Positions 17,593 through 26,177 of a DNA stretch of 64,000 nt are shown here, in pieces; positions within the stretch are counted from its first letter, which is position 1; each line of letters begins with the position of its first letter. The notes beneath the pieces were generated by a model, which was not told the origin of the DNA, did not search any database, and saw nothing but the letters and a program-made list of their open reading frames with translations. This stretch comes from a virus. Taxonomy: Duplodnaviria > Caudoviricetes. Made by a program: the position numbers and the translations under genes. The DNA lies in the IMG/VR virus record IMGVR_UViG_3300030330_004274, positions 96,001 through 160,000 of that record, one strand, 5' to 3'.

Positions 17593-18573
17593 ATGAAAAA
17601 AATACTAATGTTAATGATGAGTTTTATATTACTATTTACAATAAGTTGTGATGATGATGATACAATTGTAGGTGGTGGAATAATACCTGAACCAGAATTA
17701 GTTGGTTGTGAGGGAACAACATTCTACGATTGGAGTGATTTTCAATTTGAAACATCACTTGATGCTGGTGCAACTACTTGGTTAGGTTTTGATTTAAGTG
17801 AAACAACTTTGTTTTCAATAAATTTAAATCAAGCAGGTTTTCATTGTGCTATATTTGAATTTTGTGATGGAGAGTTAGGTGCTCCACCACCATTATATAG
17901 TTTTATGTCAAATGGAAATGGACAAGAAGTTGGTATTGTAACAGAGGGAATGTATTATTTAGAGATTACAAATACAAGACCAGGTAGATTAGATTTTACT
18001 TTTGATATAAGTTTAAATGACATAGTTTATGGTTGTTTAAATGATGATGCATTAAACTACAATTCAGATGCAAATGTAGATGATGGTAGTTGTGAATTTA
18101 ACGATTGTAATACCGAGTGGTTTTCACTAAATTATGGTGAAATGGTATTGGATTGTGATGGTATTTGTGCACCTGTATCTTGGTTAGGTGATGGTTGGTG
18201 TGATGATGGAGCTTATGCTATTTATCCAAGTGAAGAGGCATACAATAATTATCAAGATTGTTCTTATAATGGTGGTGAAGATTGTGACCAATATTTAACA
18301 CCAATAAATTTATATTGTGCAGAATTGAATTTTGATGAAGGTGATTGTGAGGTAATTGATGAAGAATGTTCACCTGGTTTGATTGAAGATTGTAATGGAA
18401 TATGTGCACCTGCTGGATGGTTGGGTGATGGTTTCTGTGATGATGGTTCATATGAATATAATGGAAATCCAATATTCTTTGATTGTGAAGAGTTTGATTT
18501 TGATAATGGTGATTGTGTCGGACAAGGAAGAACAACACAAAGAACATCAAATAAAATTTTTATAGGAAAGTAA
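17593..18573 (+). CDS. Cys/Asp-rich lipoprotein with LNR/Notch-like repeats
   Basis: Lipobox FTISC, YGCLNDDALNYN..DDGSC motif, two WLGDGxCDDG...C.E..FDxGDC repeats. Confidence 0.65.
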   Translation: MKKILMLMMSFILLFTISCDDDDTIVGGGIIPEPELVGCEGTTFYDWSDFQFETSLDAGATTWLGFDLSETTLFSINLNQAGFHCAIFEFCDGELGAPPPLYSFMSNGNGQEVGIVTEGMYYLEITNTRPGRLDFTFDISLNDIVYGCLNDDALNYNSDANVDDGSCEFNDCNTEWFSLNYGEMVLDCDGICAPVSWLGDGWCDDGAYAIYPSEEAYNNYQDCSYNGGEDCDQYLTPINLYCAELNFDEGDCEVIDEECSPGLIEDCNGICAPAGWLGDGFCDDGSYEYNGNPIFFDCEEFDFDNGDCVGQGRTTQRTSNKIFIGK

Positions 18574-18574
18574 T

Positions 18575-18805
18575 ATGAAAAAGTTATTAATAGGTTTTTT
18601 GCTGGTATCATTTTTGGTATCAGCAAAAACCATAAATGAAGATATTAAAGAAGAAGTTGGTAGGTATAAAATAGAAATTACGACATATGTAAATAAAAAA
18701 GGTAGTGTATATGTATTGGAAACTATATTTGATACCAAGACAGGTAAAGTAATTGATAGAAAACGATATTATCATACAAATTATGGAAAAAAGAAAAAAA
18801 GATGA
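18575..18805 (+). CDS. Small exported protein
   Basis: Signal peptide MKKLLIGFLLVSFLVSA. Confidence 0.6.
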   Translation: MKKLLIGFLLVSFLVSAKTINEDIKEEVGRYKIEITTYVNKKGSVYVLETIFDTKTGKVIDRKRYYHTNYGKKKKR

Positions 18806-19164
18806 TTAAACTAAAAGAAATATTAAATGAAGGTAATATGAAAATTGGTAAAGGTAAATATGCTAATATCTATGATATGAAAAAACAAATCAAAGATGGT
18901 GAATTTGACCCAAAGAATCCATCTGTTGCAGTTACTGGTTTGGGAGTATATAGTTTAAAAGGTTTAGAGAAAAAAATTAAAAAAGAATTGACAAGTCGTA
19001 TGGGTGATTTAGGATATGAAAGTGGTGCTAAAAATTTAAATTATGTGTTGTTTACAAGGTATGCAACATTAGGTGCAAAGATACAAGGATTATGGGAAGT
19101 GTATCAACAGATGAACTCACCAGCTTATAAAAGAGCTGTAACAATGTATAGTAGAAAAAAATAG
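18802..19164 (+). CDS. Hypothetical protein with MIKLKEILNE leader
   Basis: ATGA overlap, member of the leader family. Confidence 0.65.
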   Translation: MIKLKEILNEGNMKIGKGKYANIYDMKKQIKDGEFDPKNPSVAVTGLGVYSLKGLEKKIKKELTSRMGDLGYESGAKNLNYVLFTRYATLGAKIQGLWEVYQQMNSPAYKRAVTMYSRKK

Positions 19165-19167
19165 TAA

Positions 19168-19737
19168 ATGATTAAAGAATTATTATTATCTACAATTATA
19201 GGTTTTTCGGTGAGTGTAAGAACACCAAATGATGAAACAAAACCATTGGATTATGAATATTCAGTTAAGGCTGAAAAGAATGAAGGTAAATTTACTTATT
19301 ATGAAAAACTTGATTATGAAAGGGAGTTAGGTGAAAAGTATATTGACTTTACCGGAAATTATAATTATAAGTTTGATAATAAGTTATATATTGGATTGGA
19401 TTATATAGATAAAGAATCTAAAGATATTTTTTATAAAACATTAAATTTAGGATGGCAACATAATAGTGGATTTAAGATTGGTTTATCGGCTAAACACGAT
19501 GAAGATTATTCTTATTTGGCCAATTTTGGATATAACAAAAAAATTAAACAAGATGATTTAGAATACATTGTAGGATTATCAATTAAATCTAATTTAGAAG
19601 ATAATGTGTTTAACATAAAAAGTGAAGTAAAAAAATGGTTTACTGAAAAAGTAAATGTTTTTGCTTTATATAAACACGAGTACTATAATGAAAAAGAAGA
19701 TTTTCAATTTAAGGTTGGTATAGGAGTTAAATTATAA
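19168..19737 (+). CDS. Putative outer-membrane beta-barrel protein
   Basis: Alternating beta strands, C-terminal FQFKVGIGVKL. Confidence 0.55.
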   Translation: MIKELLLSTIIGFSVSVRTPNDETKPLDYEYSVKAEKNEGKFTYYEKLDYERELGEKYIDFTGNYNYKFDNKLYIGLDYIDKESKDIFYKTLNLGWQHNSGFKIGLSAKHDEDYSYLANFGYNKKIKQDDLEYIVGLSIKSNLEDNVFNIKSEVKKWFTEKVNVFALYKHEYYNEKEDFQFKVGIGVKL

Positions 19738-19745
19738 AAAAAGCG

Positions 19746-19774
19746 TTGTTTTTTAATTAAAAATGTCGTATATT
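19746..19774 (+). promoter_or_regulatory. Sigma70-type promoter TTGTTT-17bp-TATATT
   Basis: -35 at 19746-19751, -10 at 19769-19774, upstream of 19790. Confidence 0.5.
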
Positions 19775-19789
19775 ATATGAAGGACTATT

Positions 19790-22700
19790 ATGAACAAACT
19801 TGTACAAGAAATAATAAAACCAATATTAGAAGCCGATTCTAAAATCACAAAAGTTGTCGGTATCTATGGTGGTAGATTTCAACCATTCGGTCCTCATCAT
19901 TATAAAACTTATAAGTGGTTGGAAAAACAAGTTGATGATGCTTATATCACAACATCCAATATAAAAAAACCACCAAGACATCCAATGAACTTTAAAGAAA
20001 AAGTTAGACATATGTCAAAGATGGGTGTTCCTGCAAGTAGAATCATAGAAGAGAAATCACCTTATGTGGCCAAAAGTTTGGCAAAAAAATATGATGAAGA
20101 AAAAACAGTATTTGTTTATGTATTTGGTGCCAAAGATGCCGGTAGATTAGGTGGTGGTGGTAAATACTTTCAAGATTATAAAAAAAACATAACAAATTTA
20201 AAGGGACATAAACATCACGGATATTATTTAGTTGCTCCACATGTCTCAATGTCAGTTGGTGGTAAAGAAGTAAGTGGAACAACAATGAGAGAATTACTTG
20301 GTTCAGATAAATATGATGATAAAGAAAGAGTCAAGTTATTTAAAAAAATGTTTGGATACTTTAATCAAGGTGTATTCAATATGATGGTTAATAAATTTAA
20401 AAAATTATTTGAATCAGATATACAAATAGTGCCTTGGGATAATACAAAACCAAAACCAAAAAATCCAAAGTTATTTGATAAAAAGAAAAGAGATTTATTA
20501 CACGATATATCTTTAGAAAAGGCATTAAAAAAATTAAAAATACCTCAAAAACTAATGAAAGGTAATAGACAAAAAATTATTAACTATATAACATCAAATC
20601 CACAAATAGTTACTCAATTATTAAGATTAGCAACAGAAGATGTAAATGAAGGGTTACCATCAAAAGTATCAAGTAAATATAAAAAATTAAAAGTTGCTTT
20701 AAGTACAGATGCAGAAAAAGATTTTTATAAACATCACGCAGGTGATAATATTGGAAAACCATCTGAAAGAGATACATATGATTGGGATGATGATTATAAA
20801 GAAGTAGGTGGAGTTCAAGATGATGAAAAGGATGATAAAGTAAAAGGTTGGGAACCTGTAAAAGAAAGTGTTGATTTACCAATCAAAGTTGGTGATGTGG
20901 TTAAAATGGGTAGGTTTAAAAACAAAAAAGTTGTTATTAAATCTATTGAATATAATGAAAAAGGTGATTTACTTATTAATGGAAGACCTGCACTTAAATT
21001 TAGAATCGTTAAATCAAAAGAAATAGATGAGTTTTTAATTCACAATGATATTAATAAACTTTTAAAAGAGGTTACTGTAGGTGGTGGTATAGGTGCAGAT
21101 GATGGCCCGAATGCAATGTATGGTGGTATGGGTGGTTATGCAGGTAGAAACAAACAAGAGGCAGAACAACTTGGTTGGGAAGTTATAGATTATATATTAG
21201 ATGTAGAAGTACCAAAAGTTCCACCATTTAAAAAAGAATTTGAAGATGATAGGATTGATGCCGTAACATTCATGCCTTCAGGTATTGGGACAGGAACAAC
21301 AGCAAATAATCAAGTAAATTTGACTGGTACAAAAGCATATAATAAATGGAAAAAATGGATGAGTGGTGTTGCACAAACCGTTGGTATGGAATTAATGAAG
21401 TTCAAAAAACAAAAAGATGATGAAAAGGCACAAAAGAAAGCTGTTTCAAAAGATTCAAGAGAAACTTTAAAAGTACAAAAAAAAGATGAAAAACAACAAA
21501 CAAGAGATGTTAAACAAGTAAAAGTTCAAGAATCATTTACAAAAGACTGGTGGAAAAAAAATTTAACAGAAAAAATAGTTACAAAAACACAATTAAAACC
21601 AAGAGGGAAGGAGTTATTACTTATGGGAGGAGCTTACGGACATATGGCACATCCATTTGATGACAAAGATTTAACTTTTGGTGATTTGAAAAAAATCATC
21701 ACAGATGGATTAGGTGGACATCTTAATCGTGAGGATGGAGTTACAGAAAAGTTAGATGGTCAAAACATAATGATAAGTTGGAAAGATGGAAAACTTATTG
21801 CAGCTAGAAATAAAGGACACATTAAGAATGGTGGTAAGACCGCTCTTGATGCAAAAGGAATGGCAAGTAAATTTAAAGGTAGAGGAGAAATAGCAAACGC
21901 TTTTAATTTTGCTATGAAAGATTTAGGAAAATCAATAGGTGCATTATCAGAAAAACAAAAAACAAAGATATTCAACAATGGATATAATTTTATGAATTTA
22001 GAAGTAATGTGGCCTAAATCAGCAAATGTTATTGATTATGATGTTGCACATTTAGTATTTCACGGAGCACTAAAATATGATGATAGTGGTAAGGTAATCG
22101 GTGAAGTACCTGGTAGTGCTCGAATGTTGGCAGGAATGATTAAACAAGTTAATATGCATATAGGAAAAAAATATTCAATTAGTAAACCTGTATTTTTAAC
22201 AATACCAAAACATCAAGATTTTAGTGCAAAGAAAGATAAATTTATTGGTAAATTAAATAAATTAAGAAATCAATATGGATTAAAAGATGAAGATACATTA
22301 GGTTTATATCACCAATCATATTGGGAAGAATATATTTACAATGCAGCACAACAATTTGGATATACAATTCCAAATAAAATTTTAGAAAATTTAACTAAAA
22401 GATGGGCGTTTTTTGATAAATCATATAAGATACCAAAGATAAAAAAAGATTTAAAAAAACAATCTAAATTTTTAGAGTGGGTTTTAAGTACAGATAAAAA
22501 TAATCATAAATCAATGGTTAAGAAAAATATGAAACCATTTGAAACATTATTCTTTGAAGTAGGTGCAGAAATATTAAAAAATGTTGAAGGATTTATGGCT
22601 GCTAGTCCAAATAAGGCAGTTCAAGGAATTAGAAAAAGATTAAAGAAAGCTATTTCAAGTGTAAAAGCAGGTGGTGATTTAAAGAAATTAAATACCTTAA

Positions 22701-22849
22701 AGGCACAATTAGATAAATTAAATGCAATTGGTGGAACAGAGGCTATTGTTCCGAGTGAGGGCATAGTATTTAAATATCAAGGAAAAACCTATAAATTTAC
22801 AGGTGCATTTGCTCCTATAAATCAAATTACGGGTTTAATTTCATTTTGA
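19790..22849 (+). CDS. Multidomain protein: HIGH-type cytidylyltransferase-like N-domain plus C-terminal ligase-like (KxDG) domain
   Basis: GGRFQPFGPHH...VSGTTMR at the N-terminus. GHMAHPFD, TEKLDGQN and EGIVF...YKFTG at the C-terminus. Confidence 0.65.
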   Translation: MNKLVQEIIKPILEADSKITKVVGIYGGRFQPFGPHHYKTYKWLEKQVDDAYITTSNIKKPPRHPMNFKEKVRHMSKMGVPASRIIEEKSPYVAKSLAKKYDEEKTVFVYVFGAKDAGRLGGGGKYFQDYKKNITNLKGHKHHGYYLVAPHVSMSVGGKEVSGTTMRELLGSDKYDDKERVKLFKKMFGYFNQGVFNMMVNKFKKLFESDIQIVPWDNTKPKPKNPKLFDKKKRDLLHDISLEKALKKLKIPQKLMKGNRQKIINYITSNPQIVTQLLRLATEDVNEGLPSKVSSKYKKLKVALSTDAEKDFYKHHAGDNIGKPSERDTYDWDDDYKEVGGVQDDEKDDKVKGWEPVKESVDLPIKVGDVVKMGRFKNKKVVIKSIEYNEKGDLLINGRPALKFRIVKSKEIDEFLIHNDINKLLKEVTVGGGIGADDGPNAMYGGMGGYAGRNKQEAEQLGWEVIDYILDVEVPKVPPFKKEFEDDRIDAVTFMPSGIGTGTTANNQVNLTGTKAYNKWKKWMSGVAQTVGMELMKFKKQKDDEKAQKKAVSKDSRETLKVQKKDEKQQTRDVKQVKVQESFTKDWWKKNLTEKIVTKTQLKPRGKELLLMGGAYGHMAHPFDDKDLTFGDLKKIITDGLGGHLNREDGVTEKLDGQNIMISWKDGKLIAARNKGHIKNGGKTALDAKGMASKFKGRGEIANAFNFAMKDLGKSIGALSEKQKTKIFNNGYNFMNLEVMWPKSANVIDYDVAHLVFHGALKYDDSGKVIGEVPGSARMLAGMIKQVNMHIGKKYSISKPVFLTIPKHQDFSAKKDKFIGKLNKLRNQYGLKDEDTLGLYHQSYWEEYIYNAAQQFGYTIPNKILENLTKRWAFFDKSYKIPKIKKDLKKQSKFLEWVLSTDKNNHKSMVKKNMKPFETLFFEVGAEILKNVEGFMAASPNKAVQGIRKRLKKAISSVKAGGDLKKLNTLKAQLDKLNAIGGTEAIVPSEGIVFKYQGKTYKFTGAFAPINQITGLISF

Positions 22850-22850
22850 T

Positions 22851-22862
22851 ATATTTATATAT
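22851..22862 (+). promoter_or_regulatory. Late-promoter-like motif ATATTTATATAT
   Basis: Upstream of the operon leading to the terminase. Confidence 0.65.
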
Positions 22863-22882
22863 AATAAAACAAGAGGTTAACT

Positions 22883-23413
22883 ATGGCAAGAAGTGAAAAA
22901 CTCGAAAAGAATTTATCAAAGGTTCAATCTTATATAGATGGAACTTATGAAGGAAAAACACAAGTTGGATATTCACCTACTGATGAAGTAAGAAAAGTTG
23001 GTGATAAATGGACTGATTCAGATGGATACGAGTGGGAACAGAAAGAAGGATTTCGAGTTAAAAACTCTGTGATGCCTGCAGTTGGTATGTTCAATCACCA
23101 ATGTAAAAGTTGTAATAAAAATTGTAGTCCAAAAATGGCAAAGCCGTGGGATAGAGATTGTTTTAAAGCAGATGGTAGATGTTATCATTGTCAAATTAAC
23201 TACGAAATGGATTTAAAATTTGAATCAAAATTAAAATGGTTTGCTTATAGAAGATTAAAAGATTTACAAAATATGGAATCTATTGAAAAAGATATGGAAC
23301 AATGGGTTGACGAAATGACAGAACAGAGAAAACAAAATCCATTTGATGAGACAGTAGCAAATGCTATGGCAAATGGTGAAGTAGAAATGTCAATAAAAAA
23401 CAACACACAATAG
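22883..23413 (+). CDS. Putative Zn-binding protein
   Basis: CKSC...CYHC pairs, GAGG SD. Confidence 0.6.
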   Translation: MARSEKLEKNLSKVQSYIDGTYEGKTQVGYSPTDEVRKVGDKWTDSDGYEWEQKEGFRVKNSVMPAVGMFNHQCKSCNKNCSPKMAKPWDRDCFKADGRCYHCQINYEMDLKFESKLKWFAYRRLKDLQNMESIEKDMEQWVDEMTEQRKQNPFDETVANAMANGEVEMSIKNNTQ

Positions 23414-23423
23414 GAGAAGTCAA

Positions 23424-23573
23424 ATGGAATGGGTATTAGCAAATTGGGAATGGATAATGTTAGGATTTTACACATTAGAAAAAATCGTAAAATTATCACC
23501 AAGTAAAAAAGACGATATTATTTTTGATACTGTATTGAAACCAATATGGGACAAATTACCGTTTGGAAAATAA
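23424..23573 (+). CDS. Small membrane protein, holin-like, 49 aa (absent from ORF track)
   Basis: AGGAG SD. MEWVLANWEWIMLGFYTLEKIVKLSPSKKDD has an N-terminal hydrophobic helix and the SPSKKDD motif. Confidence 0.55.
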   Translation: MEWVLANWEWIMLGFYTLEKIVKLSPSKKDDIIFDTVLKPIWDKLPFGK

Positions 23574-23574
23574 T

Positions 23575-23838
23575 ATGTTTAATAAAGTAAAAAAATACAT
23601 AATTGGATTTTTTGTTTTATGTGGTGGTATTTTAGCTGCATTCTTATCAGGTAAAAGTGCTGGTAAAAAAGCTGAAAAGTTTAAAAATGTCAAAAAAGAT
23701 ATTAAAAAAACTAAAGCATCTATTAAAACAAGAAAAACTAATATAAGTAAAACAAAAAAAAGAAAATATAAGAAAAAAGATGTTGGTACAAAAGATGCTG
23801 CAGATTATCTAAAAAAGTTTGCTAAAGGAAAAAAATAA
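23575..23838 (+). CDS. Membrane-anchored basic coiled-coil protein (possible spanin component)
   Basis: N-terminal TM (YIIGFFVLCGGILAAFL). ATG 23575 follows the upstream stop. Confidence 0.5.
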   Translation: MFNKVKKYIIGFFVLCGGILAAFLSGKSAGKKAEKFKNVKKDIKKTKASIKTRKTNISKTKKRKYKKKDVGTKDAADYLKKFAKGKK

Positions 23839-24224
23839 TGGCAATAATGGATGATATAAAAATATTGAATAGAAGAGTTAGTCAGAGGTCACCGATTAAT
23901 ATTTTTAAACGAACAACACCTGATATTTCTGGTGTAAATACTATGTCCATAGAACATTTAGATACTCGTGGTGATGAATTTCGTGTACCATTAGGGTTTA
24001 TCCACATTGGCTCTTATCACATACATCGTGATAAAGGGCCAATGGTAGGTTCAACTCATTCAACAAAAAAACACGATATTTTAATACCACTAAACGAAGA
24101 GGCTGCAAATAAAGTAAGAAAATATCTTGGATTTAATCCATATCCAAATAATGATTACGAAAATTTTCAACCACAAAGTAGTAATACTAACAACAATACC
24201 AACAATGGTGGAGGAACTTATTAA
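23838..24224 (+). CDS. Hypothetical protein
   Basis: TAATG-coupled. Contains a His-rich GSYHIHRDKGPMVGSTH motif. Confidence 0.6.
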   Translation: MAIMDDIKILNRRVSQRSPINIFKRTTPDISGVNTMSIEHLDTRGDEFRVPLGFIHIGSYHIHRDKGPMVGSTHSTKKHDILIPLNEEAANKVRKYLGFNPYPNNDYENFQPQSSNTNNNTNNGGGTY

Positions 24225-24559
24225 TGAAAAAGTTATTATTAATATTATTAATGTTTTCTTTTAGTTTCACAGAGGAAATAGATTCAAATGTAGTTCCTTG
24301 TGAAGGCACTTGTTTATCAGAACAAGAAACTAAAGATTTATTTAATAATATAAAAGAATTACAATTTGATTTAGATAAATACAAAGAATTAAACTTACAA
24401 TATGATGGTTTAATAAAAGATTATGAAAAACAACTAATATTGAAAGATGAAATGATAGACCTTGTAAAACCAAAATGGTATGATAATAAATATCTTTGGT
24501 TTTTCGGTGGTATATTAATAACATCAGGTTCAATATATTTAGCGGGACAAATAGACTAA
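24224..24559 (+). CDS. Exported coiled-coil protein with C-terminal hydrophobic segment (possible spanin component)
   Basis: Signal peptide, heptad repeats, KPKWYDNKYLWFFGGILI tail. Confidence 0.5.
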   Translation: MKKLLLILLMFSFSFTEEIDSNVVPCEGTCLSEQETKDLFNNIKELQFDLDKYKELNLQYDGLIKDYEKQLILKDEMIDLVKPKWYDNKYLWFFGGILITSGSIYLAGQID

Positions 24560-24560
24560 A

Positions 24561-26165
24561 ATGAGTGAAGTAAATTTAAAACAGATAATCAAAAGAGAGT
24601 ATGTAAAATGTGTAGATGACCCTATACATTTTATGAAAAAATACTGCACAATACAGCATCCAAAAAGAGGCAAAGTAAAATTTGATTTGTATGATTATCA
24701 AGAAAAATGTTTAACTGAATTTACTGAAAATCGTTACAATATAATTTTAAAATCAAGACAATTAGGATTATCTACTCTTTCTGCAGGATATGCATTATGG
24801 ACAATGTTATTTAAAAATGATAAAAACATTCTTGTTATTGCTACTGGTAAAGATGTTGCAAAAAATCTTGTTACAAAAGTAAGAGTGATGTATGATGGAT
24901 TACCACAATGGTTAAAAACTTCAACTGAAGAGGTAAATAAATTATCACTAAGGTTTAAAAACGGGTCACAAATTAAAGCAATCGCTTCAAATGAATCAGC
25001 AGGTCGTTCAGAAGCATTATCTCTTTTGATAATTGATGAGGCTGCGTTTATTGATAAGATTGGTACAATATGGACAGCTGCACAACAAACACTAGCAACT
25101 GGTGGTGATGCAATCGTTCTTTCTACACCTAATGGTGTGGGTAATTGGTTTCATAAAGAATGGGTTGGTGCAGAAGAAGGTACGAATGAATTTAATACAA
25201 TTAAACTTCATTGGACAAATCATCCAGATAGAGACCAAACTTGGAGAGATGAACAAAATAAAATTTTAGGTCCTTCACAAGCTGCTCAAGAATGTGATGC
25301 TGATTTCCTTACTTCTGGACAATCTGTAGTTGACCCTAAAATACTAACTTGGTACAAAGATACTATGATTAAGGCACCTGTGTTGGAAGAGGGTATAGAT
25401 AGAAATTTATGGGTATGGGAACAACCTGATTATTCTAAACAATATATTGTCGTTGCAGATGTTTCAAGGGGAGATGGTTCGGATTATTCGGCATGTCAAG
25501 TTTTTGAAGTTGAAGATATGAAACAATGTGCTGAATACAAAGGTAAATTATCCACAACAGATTATGGACATTTTCTTATTGATTTGGCTACTAAATACAA
25601 TGATGCTTTACTTGTAGTTGAGAACAATAACATTGGTTGGGCCACAATACAAACCATTATAGATAGAGGATATAAAAATCTATTCTATCAATCAAAAGAT
25701 TTAAAAGTTGTTGATGTTGAACATCAGATAAATAACAAGTATAGAGCACAAGATAGAAGTATGGTGCCTGGATTTTCAACAACAATGAAAACCAAACCAT
25801 TAATTATAGCAAAAATGGAAGAATACACAAGAGAAAAATTAGTAAAACTTTATTCAAACAGATTAATAGATGAATTATTTGTTTATATTTATAAAAATTC
25901 AAAAACAGAAGCAATGGAAGGTTATAATGATGATTTAGTAATGTCTTATGCAATTGCTCTATGGATTAGAGATACAGCATTAAGAATACAAACAGATAAA
26001 AATAATCAACAATGGGCAATGATGGATACGATGTTAAATGTAAATGGAAATCAATCTGAACATGCAAATGGTTTTGGTAAGGGTGGTGATAAACCTGCAA
26101 AAAATCCATACGAAGTGGATTTGGGTAATGGTGAAAAAGAAGATTTAACTTGGTTAATTAAATAA
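24561..26165 (+). CDS. terL: Terminase large subunit (T4 gp17-like)
   Basis: KSRQLGLST Walker A, LLIIDEAAF Walker B, STPNG coupling motif, ADVSRGDGSD and NDDLVMS nuclease motifs. Confidence 0.95.
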   Translation: MSEVNLKQIIKREYVKCVDDPIHFMKKYCTIQHPKRGKVKFDLYDYQEKCLTEFTENRYNIILKSRQLGLSTLSAGYALWTMLFKNDKNILVIATGKDVAKNLVTKVRVMYDGLPQWLKTSTEEVNKLSLRFKNGSQIKAIASNESAGRSEALSLLIIDEAAFIDKIGTIWTAAQQTLATGGDAIVLSTPNGVGNWFHKEWVGAEEGTNEFNTIKLHWTNHPDRDQTWRDEQNKILGPSQAAQECDADFLTSGQSVVDPKILTWYKDTMIKAPVLEEGIDRNLWVWEQPDYSKQYIVVADVSRGDGSDYSACQVFEVEDMKQCAEYKGKLSTTDYGHFLIDLATKYNDALLVVENNNIGWATIQTIIDRGYKNLFYQSKDLKVVDVEHQINNKYRAQDRSMVPGFSTTMKTKPLIIAKMEEYTREKLVKLYSNRLIDELFVYIYKNSKTEAMEGYNDDLVMSYAIALWIRDTALRIQTDKNNQQWAMMDTMLNVNGNQSEHANGFGKGGDKPAKNPYEVDLGNGEKEDLTWLIK

Positions 26166-26177
26166 TAAGAGGAAATT

